Positions 55,601 to 63,033 of a stretch of DNA of 63,033 bases are shown here, piece by piece; position 1 is the stretch's first letter, and the number at the start of each line of letters is the position of its first letter. The notes under the pieces are model-generated. The model saw nothing but the letters and a program-made list of their open reading frames with translations, ran no database searches and was not told where the DNA came from. The stretch is from contig JAUCBJ010000595.1 of assembly GCA_032718475.1 (NCBI GenBank), positions 1 through 63,033 on the forward strand. Reading direction: 5' to 3'. The position numbers and the translations under genes were made by a program. The DNA is from Nemertoderma westbladi. Taxonomy: Eukaryota > Animalia > Xenacoelomorpha.

Positions 55601-58600
55601 CCACCACCCTGGGTTCCATCCATCCCACTACCAACCTGGAAGTCCGTCGGTTTCTCCGGTAGTTTGGCTCGCTCGCGTTTCCGTGCAGCCTTCCCACCAC
55701 CTTGGGTTCCATCCATTCCTCTACCCACCTGGAAATCCGTCGGTTTCTCCGGTAGTTTGGCTCGCTCGCGTTTCCGTGCAGCCTTCCCACCACCTTGGGT
55801 GCCATCCATCCCTCTACCCACCTGGAAATCCGTCGGTTTCTCCGGTAGTTTGGCTCGCTCGCGTTTCCGTGCGGCCTTCCCACCACCCTGGGTGCCATCC
55901 ATCCCTCTACCAACCTGGAAGTCCGTCGGTTTCTCCGGTAGTTTGGCTCGCTCGCGTTTCCGTGCGGCCTTCCCACCACCCTGGGTTCCATCCATCCCTC
56001 TACCAACCTGGAAATCCGTCGGTTTCTCCGGTAGTTTGGCTCGCTCGCGTTTCCGTGCTGCCTTCCCACCACCCTGGGTTCCATCCATCCCTCTACCCAC
56101 CTGGAAATCCGTCGGTTTCTCCGGTAGTTTGGCTCGCTCGCGTTTCCGTGCAGCCTTCCCACCACCTTGGGTGCCATCCATCCCTCTACCCACCTGGAAA
56201 TCCGTCGGTTTCTCCGGTAGTTTGGCTCGCTCGCGTTTCCGTGCAGCCTTACCACCACCTTGGGTGCCATCCATCCCTCTACCCACCTGGAAATCCGTCG
56301 GTTTCTCCGGTAGTTTGGCTCGCTCGCGTTTCCGTGCAGCCTTCCCACCACCTTGGGTGCCATCCATCCCACTACCAACCTGGAAGTCCGTCGGTTTCTC
56401 CGGTAGTTTGGCTCGCTCGCGTTTCCGTGCAGCCTTCCCACCACCCAGGGTTCCATCCATCCCAGTACCAACCTGGAAGTCCGTCGGTTTCTCCGGTAGT
56501 TTGGCTCGCTCGCGTTTCCGTGCAGCCTTCCCACCACCCAGGGTTCCATCCATCCCACTACCAACCTGGAAGTCCGTCGGTTTCTCAGGTAGTTTGGCTC
56601 GCTCGCGTTTCCGTGCAGCCTTCCCACCACCCAGGGTTCCATCCATCCCAGTACCAACCTGGAAGTCCGTCGGTTTCTCCGGTAGTTTGGCTCGCTCGCG
56701 TTTCCGTGCAGCCTTCCCACCACCCAGGGTTCCATCCATCCCACTACCAACCTGGAAGTCCGTCGGTTTCTCCGGTAGTTTGGCTCGCTCGCGTTTCCGT
56801 GCAGCCTTCCCACCACCCAGGGTTCCATCCATCCCAGTACCAACCTGGAAGTCCGTCGGTTTCTCCGGTAGTTTGGCTCGCTCGCGTTTCCGTGCAGCCT
56901 TCCCACCACCCAGGGTTCCATCCATCCCAGTACCAACCTGGAAGTCCGTCGGTTTCTCCGGTAGTTTGGCTCGCTCGCGTTTCCGTGCAGCCTTCCCACC
57001 ACCCAGGGTTCCATCCATCCCAGTACCAACCTGGAAGTCCGTCGGTTTCTCCGGTAGTTTGGCTCGCTCGCGTTTCCGTGCAGCCTTCCCACCACCCAGG
57101 GTTCCATCCATCCCACTACCAACCTGGAAGTCCGTCGGTTTCTCCGGTAGTTTGGCTCGCTCGCGTTTCCGTGCAGCCTTCCCACCACCCAGGGTTCCAT
57201 CCATCCCAGTACCAACCTGGAAGTCCGTCGGTTTCTCCGGTAGTTTGGCTCGCTCGCGTTTCCGTGCAGCCTTCCCACCACCCAGGGTTCCATCCATCCC
57301 AGTACCAACCTGGAAGTCCGTCGGTTTCTCCGGTAGTTTGGCTCGCTCGCGTTTCCGTGCAGCCTTCCCACCACCCAGGGTTCCATCCATCCCACTACCA
57401 ACCTGGAAGTCCGTCGGTTTCTCCGGTAGTTTGGCTCGCTCGCGTTTCCGTGCGGCCTTCCCACCACCCTGGGTTCCTTCCATCCCACCGATTCCTTCAT
57501 CTCTGTCCTTCTCTGGTCCACCTTCTTCACCCAACTCTGGTGCATCGGCCTCATCTAAACAATAAACGAATACGATACGATCCGCACATCCTAATTTTAC
57601 TCAATCTCTTAAATAATTCAAAATTGAAAAAAAAAGCAAAAAAATATATCGGTGTATATATCGACAATGGGTTGGAAAAAATTAACATTACAGTGTATAT
57701 AAATAAAATGTCTCATGCTATTATTTCCCAATCACGACAGATTGACCATTAAAGCAAAATTTATCTTCTAAAAACAACATTACCTTATCATAACTACTTT
57801 GGCGAGTTACTACTACTGTAGTAAGTTTTCACAAAATGCATCCCTCTCCAAGGGAAAATCAAAGCAAATAAAATTTTATTACTACTTACTACTGTATTGA
57901 AAGACCCTGATAACCTCGAAAAATGCAGGCTCAAGGATTGTCTCACACCAAAAATATCTACTGGTACTCAATTAATTGCGCACACTGTCTAAATCACAAA
58001 CTTTATAATATGCTCTCAGGGTAAATAAAATACGCAACGCAATTTTTCAACCAATAGCTTCCGTAACCGCAGTTAATTAATCACATTATTATTTAGTTCA
58101 TGGGCCAGCCGGCATCATATGGGATACTTTTTGGTAACCTAACCACCTGGTACTGATGACACGCCGTAAACACACATGGCACGTATTTGTTTTGTGTTAA
58201 AGTAAAATTTTAGCTGTGCACGTTAGACTTGTCTACGTGAGAGAGTCGGATGTTTAAGCAACAGTAATAGGTACTGTAGATCAAAGTGTTCCTGAACATT
58301 GGCGACAATCATCTGTTGCGATGGAAACAGCGCTCCCTACCTGTGCGTGCAGCCTCCGAAATTGACTTGGGTGTTTCATACAATAAAACAATTACAATTA
58401 CACCATGTCCCGAAAAATAGTGTCTTCAAATATATTCTATGAATTTTTTACATAATCGTCTCCAGCAAAATTAGGTTAGGTGTGGCTTAAATGAAAATTG
58501 TCATAAAATTTGACCATAAAATGAGGATTCCGATGATGTAAGCTTAATTGTAATGGAAACTTTATGTACAAATTGTTTATTTTCAACAGTAAATTTATTA

Positions 58601-60174
58601 CTAAAATATCTGTAAATCAACCGGATGAATCCCCATCCGTTCCTGGGGGACAATCTATTAAGTTGCAAATTACACAAAACCCTCAATGATGCAATCAGAG
58701 TACCACTCGGATTGTGGATCACTCAAAATAGAATTTCCTACCAAAATCACCCAAAACACTCCCATGCAAGGTTCGTTAAAAAACGGCATATATCTGTCTT
58801 ACTATTCATGATATACGATGTTATTATTGTTGGTTATTGACAACCCTACTTCACTGACTATGCAGGACATATGATGTTATTATTGTTGGTTGTTATTGAC
58901 AACCCTACTTCACTTGGTCAACATAAAAAACTTACCTTTCTCGTTTGATTCTGCTGGTTTCTCTTCTGTTTTTTTGGAAAACATACTGTTCTAGAATATT
59001 CCTCCCCTCCAAAACTACCCACTCACAGCACCCAAACAGTTACAAAAGTTATCCTCATTACATTAAGAGCCACTCAGAATATCGCACGGCCAAACCGGCC
59101 ATTCAAATTACTGAATAATAATTTTTATAATATTTTTAATGGTAAAATAAAAGAAACAATACAGTATTGTAAATGACAACTTGTTGTAACAAGTAACTGT
59201 TTATAATAATAATAATGACATGTTTTTTATATGGTACTATCTCAATTAATTGATACTTTAAGTATAAACTTATACTGCAGAATTAAAAAATAAAAATAAA
59301 AATAGTGGGTTTTGTTGCGGTGAATAATGAGAACTGCAGTTACATTCAGGTTCGAACAACAGCAACAAATGAAATACACGACGACAAACGCAAGGAAAAA
59401 TAAAAAAACAAAGACCACTTAAATATACTTAAAAACAAAAACAAATACAAATACAAAAACAAACAAATAATAGTTACATTTTAGTAGATATTATCGATAC
59501 ATTTGTGGTTGATAACAAATTTTTTAAAAAGATAACAATAGTTCAAAATATTGAAACAGAAACTTTAGTATTGTGATGTCATGTCAGTCAAACAGAGAGT
59601 AGTCACCATGACGTCATGTCTTGCTTGTATTGGCCCTGATTCAAGCCGAATCTTAACTGAATAAAGTAAGACCCCCTTAGTCCATGATAAGGACCAACTC
59701 CCAACACTCCTGCTGGTTTCAGGTTTACTACCCTTGACTGGGCAGAAGCCCAGAAGATCTACCACCAATGTCCAGAGAAGCACAACATCCTACTGCTAGT
59801 ATGCAAGCTGTTCCCCAGGTGTATGGATGCAGTACAGACCTGTCTGATGAACCTATTCGCCAAATGGAAGGGCATGTTTCCAAGCCCAGGATAATCGTTC
59901 CTATTGAGGGAATTGCGGCAAGAGCATAACAAAAACACAGCATAACATTGATTATCGTAGGTTTAGGGAGGTACTAAAGTACAGGTAAGTAGGTCACTAA
60001 AATACACCATTAAACGTACAATACATACAGACAGACCTCTATCTATGTAACCCAATATTTATTATCCTTGCTATTCAACTTTATTTCCCTCTATACTTTA
60101 CCTTTTTCTGACTCCTTATCTCCTTCTTCTGGCTTTCTGGGTGAATCTTTTTTACCCCCAATTCCGAACACCAT
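4610..60174 (-). CDS. MYOF: Multi-exon type-1 ferlin gene (myoferlin/dysferlin-like), 5' part: C2B-FerI-C2C-FerA-FerB-DysF start; 3' part lies beyond the left edge
   Basis: Manually spliced GT-AG exons join in consistent phase. They give ferlin-diagnostic peptides: [17 protein letters not shown] (C2B), [27 protein letters not shown] (FerI), LVDPY..F.FAGKK (C2C), [55 protein letters not shown] (FerB), GW.WE.DW (DysF). The symbol means 'MYOF/DYSF-like'; one-to-one orthology is not established. Confidence 0.93.
4611..5458 (-). repeat. 71/86-bp tandem array (11 units) = 3' splice site plus start of the next DysF exon
   Basis: Minus unit ..gtttcttttag|TCTATCAATCACACAAGACGCTGGGTTGAACCACTTCCTG(GAAGATACTTACGATAAT). 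With the upstream AG it translates as [20 protein letters not shown], matching ferlin 'DAGH..F.EE.(Y/F)EN'. Confidence 0.93.
5573..7580 (-). repeat. 21-bp tandem array (~95 units) = exon end AGAACGCAG plus GTAATA donor
   Basis: Minus unit GTAATATATTCTAGAACGCAG begins exactly at the exon 2b donor (7571). Confidence 0.97.
7572..7651 (-). CDS. Mutually exclusive exon 2b, outer DysF N-part ([26 protein letters not shown])
   Basis: 80 nt, tttgtag acceptor, CAG|GTAATA donor, same length and phase as 2a. Confidence 0.88.
7792..8862. repeat. 40-bp tandem repeat (~27 units) between exons 2a and 2b
   Basis: Unit AACTAACTACACAGCTGCATTGCTCATAAACCAGCTACCT with an AACTATCTGTCC subtype. Confidence 0.96.
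9047..9126 (-). CDS. Mutually exclusive exon 2a, outer DysF N-part ([26 protein letters not shown])
   Basis: 80 nt, ttcttag acceptor, CAG|GTAACA donor, phase 0/2, GW.W..DW motif. Confidence 0.88.
9305..9469 (-). CDS. Ferlin exon ([24 protein letters not shown]), entry to DysF
   Basis: 165 nt, ccctttag acceptor, CAG|GTATGT donor, WLGL and FAE.YEN motifs. Confidence 0.95.
9852..9917 (-). CDS. Ferlin exon ([22 protein letters not shown])
   Basis: 66 nt, poly-T acceptor, AAG|GTAAGA donor, phase 0/0. Confidence 0.92.
10110..10262 (-). CDS. Ferlin exon, FerB ([42 protein letters not shown])
   Basis: 153 nt, ttttag acceptor, AAG|GTGGGT donor, close match to the remembered myoferlin FerB segment. 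Confidence 0.97.
10881..11076 (-). CDS. Ferlin exon, FerA ([34 protein letters not shown])
   Basis: 196 nt, gtttcag acceptor, GAG|GTTTGT donor, phase 2/0. Confidence 0.92.
11455..42313. repeat. ~31 kb intronic satellite, 67-bp monomer (~460 units) with 50/101/118-bp length variants
   Basis: Monomer TCGTCATGCATTAATGTGGTTGTGTACTATTGAACTATATGAACTATTGAAATTGCTCAACAATAAC. Length variants differ by a 17-bp subrepeat (TATTGAACTATATG(A/T)AC). Confidence 0.99.
42560..42666 (-). CDS. Ferlin exon, FerA helical region ([16 protein letters not shown])
   Basis: 107 nt, ttttcag acceptor, CAA|GTACGT donor. Phase 2 joins the 11076 exon (AA+C = Asn). Confidence 0.9.
42875..43122 (-). mobile_element. tRNA-derived SINE
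   Basis: Pol III A box TGGTGTAGTGG and B box GGTTCGATCC in a tRNA-like head without a complete cloverleaf. The body contains GCCTTGCATCCTTAAGTGGTAGCTAAATGAGTAC, reminiscent of the MetaSINE central domain (from memory). Confidence 0.7.
43261..43463 (-). CDS. Ferlin exon ([42 protein letters not shown])
   Basis: 203 nt, phase 1/0, CTG|GTAAGA donor, conserved ferlin VFDGN.Y.YLPW motif. Confidence 0.96.
44460..44860. repeat. 39-bp tandem repeat (~10 units) with 117-bp trimer periodicity
   Basis: Unit CACTCTTTCCTTGCGGTCAATGTGCGCCACTTTGAGCGC; the GCGTTCAATGTGAGCC variant recurs every third unit. Confidence 0.93.
44940..45039 (-). CDS. Ferlin exon ([29 protein letters not shown])
   Basis: 100 nt, ttttacag acceptor, TAG|GTTAGT donor, phase 0/1. 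Confidence 0.95.
45395..45963 (-). repeat. 34-bp tandem array (17 donor copies) = exon end AAAGTTCAG plus GTGAGT donor
   Basis: Minus unit GTGAGTCCCAGGTTCAAATCCGAACAAAGTTCAG. Donors every 34 bp from 45954 to 45410. Confidence 0.96.
45955..46074 (-). CDS. Ferlin exon ([21 protein letters not shown])
   Basis: 120 nt, tgtttag acceptor, CAG|GTGAGT donor, ferlin G.G.AYRGR motif. Confidence 0.95.
46957..47360. repeat. 54/57-bp tandem repeat (~7 units) with a detached diverged copy at ~46662-46745
   Basis: Unit ATGCAGTCACCAGAATATTGTGAAATTATGGGCGAAAAGGGGATAACCTTCACC. Intronic, ~50 bp after the exon 1b donor. Confidence 0.92.
47408..47585 (-). CDS. Mutually exclusive exon 1b, C2C C-terminus ([39 protein letters not shown])
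   Basis: 178 nt, ctatag acceptor, AAA|GTGAGT donor, canonical ferlin GFLPTFGPC motif. Confidence 0.93.
47825..48300 (-). mobile_element. Degenerate 3' fragment of an RTE-type LINE
   Basis: Minus-strand peptides [12 protein letters not shown] and [27 protein letters not shown]...[15 protein letters not shown] resemble the C-terminus of RTE-clade ORF2. Ends near a (TAG)n tail at ~47827-47843. Confidence 0.75.
48674..48851 (-). CDS. Mutually exclusive exon 1a, C2C C-terminus ([38 protein letters not shown])
   Basis: 178 nt, ttatag acceptor, AAG|GTACCC donor, open frame, homologous to 47408-47585. Absent from the ORF track. Confidence 0.85.
49211..49427 (-). CDS. Ferlin exon, C2C ([40 protein letters not shown])
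   Basis: ttcgcag acceptor, 217 nt, donor TG|GTTAGT, phase 1 in / phase 2 out. Confidence 0.96.
49568..53213 (-). repeat. 18-bp minisatellite (~200 units) beginning at the exon donor
   Basis: Plus unit TACACTAACTCTAG(T/C)CAG. Minus unit CTGACTAGAGTTAGTGTA shares AGA|GTTAGTGTA with the exon-intron junction at 53211/53210. Confidence 0.97.
53211..53595 (-). CDS. Ferlin exon, C2B second half + FerI + C2C start
   Basis: 385 nt, [52 protein letters not shown]. Donor AGA|GTTAGT, phase 1. Confidence 0.96.
53750..53881 (-). CDS. Ferlin exon, C2B first half ([31 protein letters not shown])
   Basis: tttcag acceptor, GAG|GTATGC donor, 132 nt, phase 0/0, C2B motif. Confidence 0.95.
54055..57488 (-). 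repeat. 93-bp tandem array (~37 units) = 3' end of ferlin exon plus its 5' splice site
   Basis: Unit GTTGGTAGTGGGATGGATGGAACC..GACTTCCAG encodes 31 aa ([31 protein letters not shown]). In frame down to the donor at 55541-55542; 4-nt deletion units near 55490 and 54095 and a 1-nt deletion near 54910. Confidence 0.97.
57403..57554 (-). CDS. Ferlin exon: acidic/Gly linker ending at start of C2B (..[12 protein letters not shown])
   Basis: Acceptor ttattgtttag|AT, 152 nt, first donor CAG|GTTGGT. KPTDFQ matches the ferlin KPQDFQ motif preceding C2B. The exon may extend into the 93-bp array. Confidence 0.88.
58936..58984 (-). CDS. Candidate alternative first coding exon B ([16 protein letters not shown], phase 1)
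   Basis: ATG at 58984, 16 codons + G, strong donor AAG|GTAAGT. Phase matches the 57554 exon. In-frame TAG three codons upstream of the ATG. Confidence 0.65.
60102..60174 (-). CDS. Candidate alternative first coding exon A ([24 protein letters not shown], phase 1)
   Basis: ATG at 60174, 24 codons + G, then donor AAG|GTAAAG. Phase 1 joins the 57554 exon (G+AT = Asp). In-frame TAA upstream and no polypyrimidine acceptor. Confidence 0.6.
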
Positions 60175-62399
60175 CGTTCTAGAATACCGCGTTCTAGAAC
60201 ACGGCCTTCTTGTGTGCCGTTACCCGTAAGGGTTGTTAGCAAGAACTCCAGTGCAAACGGATACACGAATTTCCCCCCTAGCACAATTATTAGACCTTCA
60301 AATCTATAATTCACCTCATAAAAATGTTATTTAAATATCCGTAAAAAATCACAAAAATATTAATATATGCAAAACAATTTATTTTATTCGAAACTCGAAA
60401 CATTTATTTACTCCCTTGGGTTTATATTATATCAATACAGGTTTCTACTATTATAAACCACTTTATGTTACTACCATTTTTTATTTGTAATACCGGTACA
60501 TATAGAAAAGTAAAATACTTATAGCCGCTGAGGCGATACAGTATACTTAAACAAAATATTTAGGTTTTTCGATTCCACTTGTTCACTGTATTGTTCAGAA
60601 TAGGCCCAACGCGTCTGCACACAGACATGGGAGTATTATTTTTTATTGTAAAATATTCGCCTTTAATGTTTCAATTTTCCGATAATTTTGAGGAGAGCCC
60701 GCAATGACTCTATAAAACTAATTTATTAGATAAACAAATTGGAATTTTTCCCTAGGACTCCGGGGTGTTTAATTAGCAGATCGAACTTTAGCGAGCGGGT
60801 TAATTAATCATTAAAGGGTCGTAACTGAAAAAAGCTAATAGTTGTTCATGTAATACGTAATCTTATTCCACAAAACTGCCATTTTCACCCTCTCTTATAG
60901 CATTTTCAACACACCTGGCTCATGGGTAAACCATTATATCGAGAAAAGATCCAGGCGTGACGATGGATTCATTCACATGGACAGAATGTTGTATATGTAT
61001 GTACGGTTACTGACTGTGGATAGCAGTTAGAGCAGTATTAGCACACGGTACAGCAATGTATTTGAAGGTTGAAGGTAAAATCCAACAGTTTCAGGGAAAA
61101 TAAGTCACCTTTATTTCACATCAATTTCACATTAAAAATCGTTTAAAGAGGTAATTTTGTGGAATAAATGATTTAAATTCCTCTCATAACGGCAGGGAGT
61201 AAATGATTTATATTATTTAAAAAAAACGAAATAATCCGAACCAGTACGCGTCAAATTATTTGCTAAAATGATATTATTTATTACAGACCTTTTTCCATGA
61301 GATGTGAAACCAACTGAGTCCCTTATAAAGCCAAACAAGTGTTAATGAATAACATCAATATATATTATAATATAAGTGATTGACTTTGGACTTTAAAACT
61401 TGACACTAACAGCTGCTTTAATAACTAATTACAAGTTCTCAGTAAATAGAATCAACTTCATATTAAAGTTGACATATTGTAGGCCTACTTTATTGTGTTC
61501 ACTAGACTAAATATTGCTTAATATGATTTAATTAAGAAAAACAAATTATTTGAAATAACTTAGATAATATTCTTTCGTGTACTACAACAACGGTATCCAG
61601 TTAACTCTATTGAGGAGACGACACATAAGTACATAGCGAGGTACGGCTGGTAAATCGATAAATATGTGCGAATATAATCTCATGATGGGAGCTGTGTGTT
61701 CCCGTGGTGTATGTCTAACAGTGAACTCATAATGTGCGAGCCACGATACACACAATATATCAATACAAAATTAAGTGGAGGCCTCCTGGATCACAAATGT
61801 TTAACTTTTAATAAGTTTAAATATTTAAGATATTTGCGATATCACGGCCTGTAAAATATTATTACTTTTGTTATTTTAAAACTATTCAGAACAAATAAAT
61901 TTAATTTGGATTTTTAAAGGACTCAATTAGATCCCCCAAAAATAGGTACTGATACGATCTATTTATTCACACTCACTAATAAAATATCACAAAAAAAAAC
62001 AATGTCAGCTCAAACATTTCCAGAGCATATATCCATTACCCATACACATTTAGGCTAAATAGTATCTATAGTTGGTAGACAACAATGAATTCCTTCCATA
62101 TTTGGAAATATTCCAGGTTTGTTTATTACTATTAATGCACTAGGCAATATGAGTAGGGGACCATTCCTACTCCCACTAGATGTATGGCACTTATATTAAC
62201 TCAACACCGTTGCTATAAAGTATAAATAATCCCACCAAATTAGATGTAACCAGAACTTACCGCTTATTAGCCACTAACACATTATATATATATATGGATG
62301 AAGAATTATACATTATTATTTTTACAACAATATTAAAAAGTAGTAGTAAATGATACCTGTAGATACGGTAATCTTTTAGTCAACTTTTTAACGAAATCA

Positions 62400-62750
62400 A
62401 TGTATGTTGACAAAAAAATAATTCAAAGTTCGACGAGTTAATTATGGATCTAATTTTCTCAAGTTTACTGTAGCTCGGGTTGCGATCGTCCATCTCACTA
62501 CCTTCAATATGTAATTTAAATTCAAGTCTCTTTGTATACAAGAAACACGATACCGATAAGTATTTATGCAAACTTTGGAGAAACATGTTAGTGGCTAAAT
62601 CCGTTAATCCCGAAAATATCGGATCTCCCTCCACCTCTTGAACCAATGAATCTGAGATGTTTTAGAGTTCAGGAATCGTTTGTATTGGGCTTGATCCTCG
62701 GGCAGGCCAATACCGCGTACATGAGGCATCTCTACGGCGACCTAGAGTCA
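62400..62750 (-). mobile_element. Possible degenerate piggyBac-type transposase relic
   Basis: Frameshifted minus-strand peptides VEMPHVR/YW and KRLEFKLHI..NPSYSKLEKIRSIIN resemble the piggyBac 'P.+R.YW..RF..LH..D.L.KIRP+I' segment (from memory). Confidence 0.4.
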
Positions 62751-63033
62751 AACCTCTACATATGCGGAGCAATAGAAACTGGCCATCACTTCCTATTCGG
62801 TGGGTTTGTCTTTTTGCCGTATGTGTACGTATTTGAAAGAGTTCCCGTAGCCTACCGTAGGCTACCGTATGTGGGACCTATTTGCCCGTATTCAGGAAGC
62901 AGAATCAGTGCACTGCTTACCGCTAACGGTACTGTACCTGGCAACCTGGCAACCTGGCCTGTTTTAAGTGTTTTTATACTACGTGTTCTATGCTCCCGGT
63001 TTGGAAATTCTCTGAGAGTTTTATTTTTTTTTC

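Noticed and set aside
54107-57752. Long plus-strand and alternative-frame ORFs (up to 942 aa)
   Set aside because: Shadows of the stop-poor 93-bp unit. Only the minus frame ending KPTDFQ connects to ferlin exons.
58341-58379. Third possible first exon ATGAAACAC..CAG|GTAGGG
   Set aside because: The ATG frame ends in phase 0, incompatible with the phase-1 acceptor at 57554.
59565-59943. Short ORFs in a GC-richer patch between the candidate first exons
   Set aside because: No recognisable ferlin C2A or TE motif and no phase-compatible splice sites found.

Overview
Animal (invertebrate-like, AT-rich, spliceosomal GT-AG introns) genomic DNA. The window holds the 5' half of a minus-strand type-1 (DysF-containing) ferlin gene, myoferlin/dysferlin-like. 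I could reconstruct by hand a phase-consistent exon chain running C2B, FerI, C2C, FerA, FerB and the start of DysF (57554 down to ~4610). The gene shows three tiers of duplicated alternative exons: two candidate ATG-bearing first exons that would give C2A-less isoforms (60102-60174, 58936-58984), a 178-nt mutually exclusive pair in C2C (48674-48851 / 47408-47585), and an 80-nt mutually exclusive pair in DysF (9047-9126 / 7572-7651). About two-thirds of the window is tandem repeat, including a ~31 kb intronic 67-bp satellite. The most unusual pattern is that five separate arrays are amplifications of the gene's own splice junctions: four of exon-end plus 5' splice site (93, 18, 34 and 21 bp units) and one of 3' splice site plus exon-start (71/86 bp). 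The 93-bp array is in frame for 20 extra units and varies mostly at synonymous positions, so it may be a translated, length-tunable linker. The last visible exon appears interrupted by an LTR-like insertion. Other elements are an RTE-type LINE fragment, a tRNA-derived SINE and a possible piggyBac relic. Nearly all long ORFs in the supplied track are repeat artefacts. No database searches were run; family assignments rest on remembered ferlin and TE motifs.
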